DNA of 48,896 bases. Origin: Asterionella formosa (taxonomy: Eukaryota). The translations under genes were made by a program, and so were the position numbers. This document shows, in pieces, positions 22,080-35,124 of the stretch. The notes under the pieces are model-generated. The model did not search any database, was not told where the DNA came from, and was given only the letters and a program-made list of their open reading frames with translations. The stretch spans positions 1 through 48,896 of the forward strand of contig NKIB01013984.1 in the NCBI GenBank assembly GCA_002256025.1. The letters run 5' to 3'. Positions within the stretch are counted from its first letter, which is position 1, and each line of letters starts with the position of its first letter.

Positions 22080-22886
22080 ATGTTCCTTGCTTCATCTGCA
22101 AATTATTTTTCATGGATTCATTTGCTTTGGATTATTCCTCTCGCATTCATCCTATTGCTTGTCTGCGTTGTGATTATTATATGTATCAAGTTTCGTCAAC
22201 CCCCCCTTGAAGAAGCCATCTTTGTTGAGAATAACCGACGGACCTGTGGTAGAATGGAATCTTTCCCAGCGTTTGATTTATACCTTCCTCCGCAGATGCA
22301 AAGCAAACAACCAACCCTTCTCTTCCTTCCTGGCGGACTTGTATCACATACGGCCTACTCTATCATTATTTCCAAACTCTCCGATGAAGGTATTCTGGTC
22401 ATTGTAATCAACGCAGAACCAACTAGATTGCCTTCACCAGAATTTGGTATATCTCACTTTAAGGTGAAAAAGATTATTGAACAAGTTGAAAATCGATTTC
22501 ACCCCCATCATTATGTATTAGATTGGTGTATTGGGGGACATTCGATGGGTGCCTATGGTGCGACAAGATATGTACGTGACTTGGGAATGACAAAATGTAT
22601 CATTTGGGGTTCAAGAAGTGCATTTGCTTTGAATTCTGCAAGCTCTTCCGATGTGAAAATTCTTGTTTGCAATGCCACCAATGATGGAATGTTGATGAAT
22701 AAAAAGACCCATTTTCCAAGCCATGCCATCCAAGTCAAGATTGTGGGAGGGAACCATGCAGGCTTTGGCCATTACGGTCCTCAACTGTTTCCACAAAAAG
22801 ATGGCGAACGGACGATTTCGTTGGAAGAGCAACACAACTTGACAGTCAAAGCAACGGTCAGCTTTATTTTGAGTTCCAGTAGTTAG
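22080..22886 (+). CDS. alpha/beta hydrolase (Abhydrolase_5-like) with an N-terminal TM anchor
   Basis: LLFLPGGLV...Y, nucleophile elbow GGHSMG, Asp in NATNDG, His in IVGGNHAGFGHYGPQ. Intronless; first ATG at 22080. Confidence 0.88.
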   Translation: MFLASSANYFSWIHLLWIIPLAFILLLVCVVIIICIKFRQPPLEEAIFVENNRRTCGRMESFPAFDLYLPPQMQSKQPTLLFLPGGLVSHTAYSIIISKLSDEGILVIVINAEPTRLPSPEFGISHFKVKKIIEQVENRFHPHHYVLDWCIGGHSMGAYGATRYVRDLGMTKCIIWGSRSAFALNSASSSDVKILVCNATNDGMLMNKKTHFPSHAIQVKIVGGNHAGFGHYGPQLFPQKDGERTISLEEQHNLTVKATVSFILSSSS

Positions 22887-23551
22887 GCTAGTAACCAAAA
22901 AGATCTCCAACGTTTTAATTTGTGAAAAGTACTAGGGTGTTGAGATGATAATCTTGTTTGATTCGTTGCAGTATACCACTTATTTATACACAAGGTTTTG
23001 GTAACTAATTAGTTATGCCCCTTATTTGGTGGGAGAGCTTCATGTGTACACCATGTGATCATAACATTTTATCATATATATACAGAGTACCGGTAGTAGG
23101 TAGGAAGTGATATACTGGGGGTAGACGGAGTACTAGTAAGCAAGTAACAGAACACCATATGTTCAGGACTGTTGCTATTGCAGCAGGACAGTAACAAATT
23201 ATCATAGTTTCAGGATTGTATGATCGTAAAATTGAAAGCAAGATATGCCATGAATCGAACTTTGTTCTCATTTTGTATATAATAAGGTAAATGGGCGCGC
23301 TCTGATAATAAAAAATTATTTTATCATGTGTGTATTGTAACACAAATTATTGTGGTGATCTGCTACATAATATTGTCCCTGTGCTTCTGACAATAGAGAT
23401 AATTTAGATTACTTATCTGACATGAGATATATTTTTAACTTTAATTTTTAACAGTTGAATTTTCAAATCAATGCATCCTCTTGTATGCTATGCCGCCTCT
23501 TGTTCATTATATGCATGAGTTCTATATATTCATCATTGTTGGGCACTGACC

Positions 23552-24749
23552 ATGTCAACTTTCATCTCATCTCCTGATGATGATGATGATGACATTATGA
23601 TCACATTGCTACTGTTAGCGATGTGCTATCCACCAGTAAATAAGACGCCCCCATCGCTCAGGGAAAGTTTGCTTGACTGTTGATGAGGTCAGAAGAAGAA
23701 GTGGCATCCATTGTCAAGTCCATTCTGGACTTTGTTCAACAGCAAGCATGATGATGCCCTGATTACCTTATGTGGTTTTGACCATGCTTCTTTCGAGATC
23801 CTACACCAGCTGCTGTTCAAACCTTGTTTTGATTCCTTTACTCGTCCCTGTAGTAGGAGGAAAAATACGGATTTCATTGTTAGAAATTCAACAACCAAGA
23901 AAGGTTGGCAAAGATACCTCTGTTCAATCAGTTGTCTAGCGCTTGGTTTAGCATGGACTAGGAATCATGGTTCCTATATGATTCTTCAGAAAATTTGCGG
24001 ATTAGCTCATGATTCTTTGAGTGTTTGGTTGAGGTTTTCAAGGGAAATGATTGTAAAAGTACTGCTGACACATTAAGATGCTGTTGTGAGACTGCCTACT
24101 GTAGACGAAGCCACCTTGTTTGCAACCATGATCAATCAGAAATACCCACCTATAACAAGTTGTTGGGGAGCAATGAATGGTCTGAAACTGAGCCTGCAAC
24201 GAGCTGGAAATGAAACACAGCAGAAAAACTTCTACAATGGATGGACTCATGAACACTATGTGACAAGCAAAATTGTTTCTTTTTTTGCCTGATGAAAAAA
24301 TTTGCTGCTCATATTTCAATGCACCTGGTGTTCAACATGACTCCACCATGGCAATTTGGTCATCGATCTATGATCAGATTGAAACAGTATACAGGGATAC
24401 AGGTAAAAAAGTAGTCGTGGATTCAGCATTTGCATCTAAGAAATCAAATGCAATTTCAAAATCGCATCAAAATTATGATGATGCAAATGGTAATCCTCGA
24501 CAAAGATTTTGTGTGAATCGCCAAGCCACCTCAATCCAACTACTGTCGGAATGGGGAATGCGATGCCTTCAGGGAGCATTTCCGAGAATCAAAGACAAAT
24601 TTCGTTATGAAGAAAAAGGTGAGAGAAAATTAAATCTCCAAATGATTGTATTGCTCTACAACTTTCGTGCTAGCAAAGTTGGTCAGAACCAAATTGCTTC
24701 AGTGTATATGCCCTATTTGCATAGGAATGTAAATAGATATAGCATGTAA
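23552..24749 (+). pseudogene. Harbinger (DDE_Tnp_4-like) transposase pseudogene
   Basis: Motifs CWGAMNGLK (catalytic D appears as N), FYNGWTH, NAPGVQHDS, VVVDSAF and SEWGMRCLQGAFPRI are split by a stop and frameshifts. Confidence 0.85.
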
Positions 24750-24779
24750 TTCATAGAAATTATTCACTCATGATTATTT

Positions 24780-25802
24780 ACCACCACTTCTTTCATGTTT
24801 TTTGGTAATTGACATTGAGTTGAGGCAGGCAAAGTTTGTTGTGCATTGGCACCTGCTGTTGAGGTTAGATTTTGGCTTTGCATTGTTTGCTGCATTGAAA
24901 TCATGTTCGAAGCCATAATTGAATTCATCATAGCCTGAATGGGATCATCACTGTCAGTGGAGGTGGTTTTTAAGGTACCCCATGATTCAACAATGATGCC
25001 TTGATTGACATCATCATTATGTTCATCATTTTCTGTTGCTGTAGTTGTTGCTGCTGCTGCAGGTTATCAGTATCAGTTCGATCAGCCTTGTGAAGCAACT
25101 GCGTCGACAGAAGAGAAAGCTCTTTCTCAACAGACCCAGTCTTGCTTGACACTGCCTTATCTCTAAATCAAGGGGACACCATAGGTCGAGGAAATCTTGA
25201 GCCAGAGAAATGAGCATAAGTGGCAGATGTTGCTCCACCATTGTCTTCACTCTCCCCAGAAATCGCTTTAAAAGCATCATCAACATTTGGCTCATCAATA
25301 TTGTTGGGCTCATTGTGCTCCCTATCTATTCCAAGATCAGTGGAGTCAATCTCAGCACTTGCATCTGCTTGTTGCTCGATTCTTCGAAAAATTTCTTTGG
25401 CGTATCTCACATCAGCAGGGCATCTTGGGTCCCTAGGCGCAACTTTGCAAACGTTTGGCAAAGTGGTGAAGGTCCTGTCTGTTCTAGGTCTGGAAAATTC
25501 TCGTTGTGCTGTGAGACAACTACTTCCAATTTATAGGAACCAATTGGCAGGTGAGTAGAAATGGCGTCCAGCAATGAGAGGATCTCATTGATCCTGAACT
25601 GTTGACCTTAACTCTGCATGCTTCGGTAAGCCCTTGGAAACGTTGGTGGTTGTCAGGCAGTTGCTGTTCTTGCAACATTTCTAGGAGCACGTGAAGAATC
25701 GTTGTTGTTCCTTGATGGGGACTGAGTAACCCCAGAAACACCAATCTGAGAAACACCTGCTGGGACACCCATCTTACTGTCCTCATCGCTGCTGGCAAAC
25801 AT
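24780..25802 (-). pseudogene. DUF6818-like (Myb/SANT-related) Harbinger accessory gene, disrupted
   Basis: Read across frames: QFRINEILSLLDAI..LPIGSYKLEVVVSQHNENFP...DPRCPADVRYAKEI, then a Q/M-rich tail. Boundaries approximate. Confidence 0.65.
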
Positions 25803-26191
25803 CCCGCCATGTCTGGTCCAAGTAGTATGAAAAGCATTTCCAATCACTATCAGGATTGGTTTGCCCAATCTTGTCTAACTCGGCTATACACAGTGAAAAC
25901 GGAGTTAGGCAAAGAAGGGGAGAGTGACCCTCAGCTTGCCAATTTCATATCACATTCTTTCCGGCTAGGCTGATTTCAGTCAAATAGACTGGATTCAGTC
26001 TGGGTTTTCAATCCCCTGCCCCTAGATCAATTCAACGGACATTTCATTTCTGAAAAGTTGATCTAAATTTACAGAACTGTAGGTTTCTGGATGCATGCAT
26101 GGAAATAAGCTTATAGGTTTAAAAAATTTCAGATGCATGAGAAGCCTACCACCAGCCGAAAAAATCTCTGGCGCGAGAACGAAAATTGACC

Positions 26192-26880
26192 ATGGGCAAA
26201 GGTGCCGTCGTTTCATGCCTATCCAAGTGCATTCACCCCTCACTGTGGGTCCGACATCATCATCTGAACATTGGAAAAGTTCGTCGACTTGAAGGAATGA
26301 CAGTTCTGTGAAGGGAGCTCAAGGAAATTAGAGGGGAAGAGGTGATGGCCATTGTGGTCACAGCTCCCGGGACTGTGGATGATGCTGATAAGAATGAGTT
26401 GTATGCTCTTGAAAAGCACTTCAAGATCATTTCTGAGGGTGATTCAGACTACTTTTACTATGGCAGAGGCGATTATGTACCTGAGAAGGCAGTACAAGAT
26501 GAAGAGATGCCTTCCGATCTCTTCGAACTTGTCGAACGTACTGGCACAATTTATGATGCTGATGACGTTGCCCCTGCAGCTGGATTTCTTGCTATTGATG
26601 ATGACAATGCCCTAGCACCTGAAAATGTTGCTCATCCCAATGAATTAATAAACAATTTGTTTGAGGATGAGTGGGGACACTCAGGAATTTGCTACAGGAG
26701 ACTGATGGGTGCATCAAATTGCAATCCAAGACTTTCATCATTTCCAACTCATCAGTTGAAACTGACTGTCTTCCAATTGTTCGATTTAATTTTTCCTTCT
26801 GAGTTCTTGAAAGATAATGTTTTGTCCATCATTTATCTAAAGATAGAGTGCAAATCTGTTACCTATGGTGAGCTATGTGC
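26192..26880 (+). pseudogene. piggyBac-like transposase, 5' fragment
   Basis: MGKGAVVSCLSKCIHPS...RLEGMTVL*..ELYALEKHF...DDDNALAPEN...WGHSGICYRR...FDLIFPSEFL...VTYGEL resembles the start of DDE_Tnp_1_7 proteins. Truncated before the catalytic core. Confidence 0.6.
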
Positions 26881-26957
26881 TATTTCAACAGCAGAACAAC
26901 GCAATGAATGAATCAAGACAATCCAAGGCAGCGGACATGAGCACCTGTAACCATAAC

Positions 26958-27240
26958 AATCAGAATAGCAACATCTACAATGAATGGAATACAATAACTG
27001 ACGTGGCAGGGGACATTAACATCAACAACAATGATAATCAGAAAAACAAAAACTACAATGAATTGAATGCAAAAACCAACATGGCAGCTGACATTAACAT
27101 CAACAAAAATAATCAGAATGACAGCATCTTCATTGAATGGAATACCACAAACAACATGGCAGCAGACATTAAAATCAACAATGACAAAAAGAAGAACCAC
27201 AGCATTGACAATGAATGGAATACAAAAAACTCCGCAAATG
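26958..27240 (+). repeat. imperfect 75-78 bp tandem repeat (~3.7 copies), Asn-rich in frame
   Basis: Units start at 26958, 27036, 27111 and 27189 and translate as NQN..IYNEWNT..N.A.DININ. Confidence 0.8.
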
Positions 27241-28204
27241 ATAATTTAGCACAGACAGCACAGCAGTGATCAGCAACATTTGACCCAATTTAACCACACA
27301 ATGAAAAACTCAAGACAACCCAAGGCAGTGGGCAATTGCATCAACAACGAAGACAATCGAAGTCACAAACACAATCTATCATTGAAGGGACACACTCCAC
27401 AAAGAGAATGGTTGGAGGAACGTCATCCTTGGGCCCTTCATTGGCCCCCCTAATACTTATCATATTCCCCCGTGTCTATCCAGGCACAAGTGCGATTATT
27501 AGTTTAGTTTTAGCATGCTTAAAAATTTGATTTACCTACTACATGTGCATGGCCTCCTCCACCTACAATGTACTGCTGTAGATTTAATCATAAATATGGC
27601 TGGAATCCATGCAAACCTTGCAAGTAAATATGTTTGGACGGGCAGAAACAAACACCAATTGGCTGGCTCAACCCGGACACACAAAGGGAGTACAGAGACA
27701 GCACATCCACCATCTTTGAGGTGGCCAAGAGCGAGTTTTCCATTACTGTAAAACCGGGTGTCTCGTATCCTCCAGAGACCTGAACCCCTCTTCATACATC
27801 TGGCAAAACACCCCCAAATATTTTATGTCTACAGAATAAATACAGCATATTATTCTTGTATTCTAGACATTTGTTAATGTACTTACTATAATTGTATTCT
27901 TACCGGTCACCATCATGAAACAAAAATCAACAACAACACAAGCGATGCCCCAAATGACAGTTGCGATGGCGATATCCTTGTCCTGACATCTATTTCAAAA
28001 GTCGAAGCTACAGCTTGCATGCTTGTTGTGGAGCAATAATCAAGTTGAATGCTAAAGGCTCAACCAGTTCTGGCCTTGATGTTGTCGCTCAGCTTGCCAG
28101 AAGTGTTCACAGAATCATTTTTTCTGATGCCTCATGATGCAGAAATATTTCGTGGACGCTTTGGGAGCAGAATACCTTACCAGGAACCGGTATTGGTACC
28201 AGGT

Positions 28205-29698
28205 AGTAAACCCGGGCTGGTCGCACCTCCAAAGCAGCTAGGAAAGCGGCCACACAAATAAAATCGATTATAGCTGCAGAGGCTTTCAATGTTAAGTTTA
28301 AGGGATAGAAAAGCATCTTTAATCCACACACAGGAGGGGCACTATCAAAAGTTCAGCCACCAGTGCAGGACCAGGGGACATCGGAGATTCACTGGATCAC
28401 AAAGTTCGAATCATCACCATTGTGCAAAGCAATATTTGGGAACAGTTCATTAAAAGACTTACTTGGATATAATGGCGCGCATCTCTAAGGCTGCTGACCA
28501 AATATTGGAGGGCACATTTTTTGAGAGCCTTGATGAGCGAGGAATGTTTTCCAGGGGTCAAGGAGTTTATTGCGGCCATGAAAACGACATCAGCACTCCA
28601 GAACTTAATCCAACTCAACACGGAGATCTGGGAGGAGGATTTCAGAAAAGGAATATTGGGATGGAAAGAAACAACCTCCACTTCACGACCGAGTGGTCGT
28701 CATTTAGGTCATTACAAAGTGGCGTGCGTTGTTGCAGGATACCTAGCAAAGAAGTTCTGAGAGGCAACTAGGCTTATATGATAAAAATACCAATGTGGGT
28801 AGGATTTTCTCCCAAACTTTGGCAACAGGCAACATCAGTTATGCTGGAAAAAGACAAAGGAAAACCGAAAATCCATAGACTCAGGATCATAGTACCACAC
28901 ATGCCTTGGCTTATTTGAGTATAGTACCACACATGCCTTGGCTTATTTGAGGCAGATTACAACCTATTTCTCAAATTGACATGAGGGGGAAGCCAAATGA
29001 TTGGAAGGGTGGAGAGATATGGCCAACTGGGGGATAACATGCATGCGGGATCTAGAAAACATCGCAGCACCATAGAGAAATTGTTCAAAAAAGTCATAAC
29101 GTATGATGTATTGAGGCAGCAAAGATCAAATCTGGCGGTGTTTGACAATGACGCTGCCAGTTGTTATGATTGCATCTTGGTGAATCTAGCAATGGTTTGT
29201 GCTCGCAGACTAGGAGCTCCCCCACAGCGGCGATATGATTGGCACATTCAGAGACCTTGCAAAAAATGCAATACATGGTCAAGACAGTGTATGGAATCTC
29301 GGAGGGCACCTACTCAGGGGCTGAAGATAGACCACTGGCAGACACTGGACAGGGCAGTGGGGCGTCACCCTTGGTTTTGCTTTCACTGTGTATTGCTTTC
29401 CTCTTGCTCTGCATAGTATAGCACAAACACACCTAAATGAATTTCAAGGATCCCAAAAATACCATTGAGTCATCACGATATGGGGATGCATTTGTAGATG
29501 ACACAACTAGAGGGTGCAATACAGAAGGGGTGTCTAACCCAATCAAGAGCATGGTTGCAACATTGTAAAAATGCGCGCAACTGGCTGTGGGAACAACTAC
29601 TACTGGTGTAGCTATTCATCTGGCAGGGCTTTGGAATTACCAAAGTGTTACAATCATTTAATTCACTGGGATTGGGATGAGTTGGGGTATCCCAGATT
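28205..29698 (+). pseudogene. non-LTR retrotransposon reverse transcriptase fragment (Ambal-like)
   Basis: Motifs across frames: WKETTSTSRPSGRHLGHYK, MLEKDKGKPKIHRLRII, LFEADYNL, FDNDAASCYD, TGQGSGASP, AFVDDT, ALELPKC. Many stops and frameshifts. Confidence 0.85.
28889..28951 (+). repeat. 31-bp tandem duplication inside the RT fragment
   Basis: atagtaccacacatgccttggcttatttgag occurs at 28889 and again at 28921. Confidence 0.9.
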
Positions 29699-31715
29699 CA
29701 CCGTCTGCAAATAAAAACTATCATATTTCCATGATGCATTATAGGATTGTGATCATCTGATCATAATTTTTCGTTGTATCATCTAATAATTTTGATAAAT
29801 GCCTTTGTAATTCAAATAGTAACCCTTTTGACTACATATATTTAATTATTATATGTATTGTTTCTATTTGATTCCTGTATTCGAATTTCTTGGTAGGATA
29901 ATGTACCAGTTCAAGTAATGTAATTTGGCTCGTCATTTCCATCCGCCCCTCATCACTCCAATTTTTGCAACAACAACGAAATACTAGCGATGACAAGCGG
30001 AATGAATATTTGCGATAATGACGTCTTCCATTGTTGGTCATGTGATCATTATATCTTTGAGTAATCGTCATTTGCAGTGAACCTTTGTTCATAATCATTT
30101 AATTAAGAGTTTACAGAGAAGAAATCATTTGAACTCGTAATGGTTCCGCACACAGTGCACATTGCAAATCCGTTTCGTCGACCACCAGCATTGCAATCTC
30201 GCCAATCAACCCGTAAACAAACACATTCTACTTGTTCTCGTTGACATTTTACATTACAGGAGTGACTTAGCTACTAAAGTGCGTGTTATAATATCATACT
30301 CCGTAGAACGATGCAGAATACTACAGTTCCCAATCATCTCATCATGATTGATAAGATGATAATGTGATATCACGATAGGGTTACATCGATGCATACATCA
30401 CCAAAGTATGATATGTAATATTGAATAAAGTATATCACATAACTATGATACATTGATCATTGAACAATGATGATTTTTTAAAATGTTTGTGATATAATTT
30501 GATCAAAATATGATCATGTTAAAATGATACAATGACAATAAAATACGATAAAATATGTACGCAAGTGTTATCAATACATCACAGAAAATAAAAAAATAAA
30601 TCATAATTATGTTACTCAATGTATAAATTCGCTTTTTAATGTATACAGTAAAAGGCAACAGATAATATGATAGTATTATTTGGTGGATAGGATCTAAGTA
30701 CATGATGGATGCATTGATATGTACATCACTATTATATGATTTGTGATATGGATTGATGCATATCCTCAACAACCAGCAATCACGTTCATTGTCATGTCCT
30801 TTTTCCTTGTTATAGCTGTATTTATTCCGGCATGTGTATTGTGTACACACTACACTGGCTGAACATGCATTTTACACTGCTGTGCTCTGTTCAACAATTA
30901 CTACACTCGGTTACCATCACACCAGCTGCAACTCCACAAGCGCCGCACAAAGCTCCGCATTCCCTTCCACTGTTTTACATCATAGTCTTCTGGCCCTTTG
31001 ACAACTTTCCAAATGTCATTTCATGGATTTCATGCAAAAGATCAGTCAAACAAGAAACGTGACTTACTTCCATTGTTTACACTACACGACTTCATGTTTT
31101 CGGAAAAGAAGATGAAGAAACTTATGAAATCAATCGAAGATAACACCGCCCATTGCAGATCATTATGGCCACTGAGCATGATTCCATGTTATTTCAACCA
31201 GAAGATGATAATGGATGGTCATGTGGACCATTTGAAATTGTGAAAGTATTGGAAACTCTATTGCAACTAGAAAGGAATGGCAAAACAAATTTCTTGGCAA
31301 CCGGGCTCAATTACGTTTGGAGACAGAGTCCTGGAAACAAGTTTTAAAACGTCAGGTGGTAAGACAGCAACTGATCGAACAGACGATTTGTTATCTGTTA
31401 CATCTGACCCCTAACCAAGTCAACATACTTTCATCTTGTAACAGTTTGGCCTGAAGTGACAACGACAAACATTCGTGAGGATATGTTTCAGTAAGAAATA
31501 ACTGTTCTTTAATTTTGTATCGACAAAATTTTGAGAAGAAAAACTTCGGACAAAACGAGAAGGACCATCTTAGGTTCTTTGGGAGTGAAAAAGAGCGAAC
31601 AAATAATGGACCATTGGGATCATCAAATCTCATCATTCCTCAGGACATTTTAGTTTGTGAAAACCTTCTAATAACTTAACTAGTATGTGAAACTATATTA
31701 TCACTATTATATATT

Positions 31716-34700
31716 TTATTCTTGTGTATTTATCAACGTTCGATTGTTAGTTTTTGGTCCCACCCGATTGATTTTCATAAATGACATGGAGGTACTATGC
31801 ATGGCAACATAAAAATTATCTTTCCGTATCTGTTCCAAAACTTCTTGCGGTTTCAGAGATTTCCTTGATTCCTGTGGTTTCAAAGCAGGAACAACAAATG
31901 CTGCCGAAAGTATGTTATGAAATTCAACAACGCTCAATTCAGTTGTATCATTGCATAAGGTGTCTCCTCTTGCAAAAAACATACGTTTATGAATTTTCAT
32001 TTCATTTGAACTTTTCAAGGAACGAATACACGCTAAGAGAATGGCTGTTGTGTTGGAGAAAATAACATTTCCCCAAAGAAGTAGTTTTGCAGGAACTGTG
32101 TAGGAACTTGATCCATCTCCCTTCTCCCATTTCACTTGCACTTCGACCCAGTCAAACCATTCACGACCAGAGATTCCTACATTTGAATCATTATTCCATT
32201 TCGGATGGCATCTGAGAATAGCAGTTTGGCCATAAACGTTATTTTCAATTTTATCATGATAATAAAAGTCAATTCTTGCAATGGAAACAGCTCAGACCAA
32301 CCCCATCTTTAAGACTTTTTATTCTTGCTATTTGCTTCTATTGCTGAATTCGCAACGCTCTTTATGTAGTTGGCCCACTTTGGTAAATCAGGGTGAACCA
32401 ATTGAGACAAGGGTGCATCCATACTCCTTGATACATGCCCAATATTATTAGCTAGGGACACCTGCTATAGTCCATAGACCATTTGATGATGAAGCAGAGA
32501 ATTGAACTTTAACAGGAAGGGATGGTGAATGGATCTTGGTAGGCGATATTCCCAAATTATCAGGCGACATACTAGGCAACATCCTTGTATCCTGAATCAT
32601 TCTCTCGAAATCAATTTCTGTTGAAATACCCTCAGTTACATTGATGTATACTTTACTCATCTTCTTTTGTTTGTTTTCTGTATATAATGAATCACTTACA
32701 AAAACAATTTTTCGTTCCAAGGCAAACTGCCTTGCTTCATATGACTTTGTTAAAATGTCATGCTTTAATCGATGTAATTGTCCATTGACACGCTTACTGG
32801 GTCGGTCTTTTCAATTTGTCTTTCAGAAAAGACTTCAAATATCCACCAAAGAAATTAAGAGGAGATCCGATCTTCCTAGTCAGCTGAGGGTAATGTTTCA
32901 TTCCATGAAATTTTGCCTTTTGTAAGCCAATTTGAGATATCATTTCCCGTTGGGGACCAATCATAATCTTAGTAACTGACCTAAATCTCTTTACCCTTTC
33001 CTCTAAAATATCAATACATGTTGATGTATACTGCGGTATGAATAAAGTGTCATTGATAGATATACATAACCATAACAGCAATATGAAATCCTTTTCTAGG
33101 TGCATGTTCTCTGAACCAATCATTCCACCCATTGAAAATATAGTTAACAGACATAATCCGGGAATTTCTTACCCTGACATTTTTGACAAAGCTATCATGA
33201 TCCCAGATCTGTATGACAATTTTGGAATATCACGATCGCTTTGCCTTTCCAAATGACTATTGATATGACATATCTAGCACTTTGTTCGAAGTATAGTATC
33301 GAAAATTGCTACATTTCTGGTGCTGGTACAAGTGTTAGGTCTTGATTTTTGCTAGTGTAGATATTTTTGATAACTGGTGCATGTGTCCTTTTTGGTCTTT
33401 GCCTGTTTCTTCGGTTGCTCTTGATCAAGAAAAGCAGTGTCTGTTGTTTCAGTGATACGTTTCTGATCAGAGATGTTCTCTGGAATATTTGGAGATTTTC
33501 TTTCTTTAAAAAAACATGTCCATTCTTCAGGGATAGTCCGATAATTGTACAATGATTCCAAAATGTGCGACCTTAAATCCATATTCCAAGTAGTAATTGA
33601 TGAAGAACCTCAAATGGAGTTGCATCAAATAATCCTTCTAAGTCACCACCAAAAAAATGATTTATTGGTGCAGGCATAATAGGATTATGCGATATAACAC
33701 GGCACCACTCGTTTGCTGTTTCGTATTTGCCATTAGATTGGGAGACAAAATACTCAGGTGGGAGACATGGTAATTTTCCATCGGGATATGCATTTTTGTC
33801 AAGAAATTTGTTTAAAAGCTTTTTAACATCTGACACTTTACGACGTTCACATCCAATATCAGGATTATCAGCATCCTCAGTTGAAACCAGGCAATCACGA
33901 CAAACATATCGTCGATATAATCCATTACCATCCCTGAAGCCACAAATTTTATTGTGTTCTTCTATATCACCAATGATCATTCCAATCTGGAAATAAACTT
34001 TTGTCGTACCAAGACCATGACCCAAATAGCGTATGACTTGTTTGGATCTTCGAAAGGCGACAATAGAAATCCTGTAACAGAATGGTATAATTTGAGTCGA
34101 CATAAGGACAAGTCGTCACCAGATAACTTATTATTCATTGGCTTCTCCAGATCACTGACTTCAATGTCTGGCAAAAGAGATACCAATTGCCATCCATCAT
34201 TTTTTTACATTCCTTCCTTCTAACGTAAAGTTTAACATTGTCAACAAAAACGGATGCTCGGAATGTTTCATTTGTTTATCAATAGGTGAACCAGCACTGA
34301 AAACTGCTAGACTAGGGCAACAAATAAACACCCTGCCTTGACATCAACACTCCATTTTCTGATGCAGGAGAATTGTTGAATGCATTTTCAAACCAAGTCG
34401 CAGAAGTTACTTCGTCATATATGAGTTCTCCACAAGTTGTAAGTTTCACTTCTGGGTGACATACAAAAAGTTGTATGATATCAGAATCACGTAACAATCC
34501 TGCCATGAGCTGCTGTACTGGTTCGAAATAATGGAGTGTGTGTGGGATGATCATGCATGGTTTAATTGTTATTAATCTGTATTTGTTTGGTCAACAGTTG
34601 ACCACCAGATAATGTTGGTGGAAATGAAACATCAATGCGTTTTTCAAAGTCTGGTAGGAGGGAGCTTGATAGCCGCCTTCCATCAAAATATTTCATTGCT

Positions 34701-34860
34701 TTTGTTTTGAACAGCCATTTCATTAGATGATCAAAGTAAACTGGTGGAAGGTAATTCTCATTAAGAAATAACATGAGTTCTAATTCGACTGGATGCATGT
34801 TTAGGGAATGTTTACTTGGAAGTTGAAATTGAGGAGGAAGGGGCATTTCCATTGCATTTT
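31716..34860 (-). pseudogene. Plavaka-like transposase pseudogene
   Basis: Across frames: IYDEVTSATWF, HPFLLTMLNFT..R....WQLVSLLPD, LKLYH, IIGDIEEHNKICG, CRDC, PFEVLHQLLLG, KFHGMKHY....KIGSPLNF, LRCHP, WFDWVEV, PAKLL. The order fits Plavaka-type transposases. Confidence 0.75.
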
Positions 34861-35124
34861 CAGCATTGCATTTTCAGGGAGAAAGCCTCAGCATTGCATT
34901 TTCAGGGAGAAAGCCGGTGTGATCTTGGGGATCTGAATATTGCATGGTCTCTGAATTCAATCCTTGGAGAGTTTTTAGTCTCAATTGCTCGTCTTGTTGT
35001 GACTAAATATTGTTATAAACCGAATCGTCGCTGTCGTCATGAAATGGATGATTGTGGCCACTTGATTCAAGGAAAGGACACATAATCTCTTCTTGTTATC
35101 TACTCTCCCTAAATGCTGCAGCAG

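Larger units (their letters stand above)
23552..25802. mobile_element. decayed PIF/Harbinger element with two convergent genes; termini not identified
   Basis: A DDE_Tnp_4-like transposase remnant (+) converges on a DNA-binding-type partner ORF remnant (-), the typical two-gene Harbinger layout. Confidence 0.75.

Noticed and set aside
25868..25915. Hairpin TCTTGTCTAACTC...GAGTTAGGCAAAGA as a Harbinger terminus
   Set aside because: It is a local imperfect inverted repeat with no counterpart at the other side of the element.
34850..34915. Short repeated CATTGCATTTTCAG(GGAGAAAGCC) units
   Set aside because: Real, but best explained as local slippage duplication in a pseudogene.
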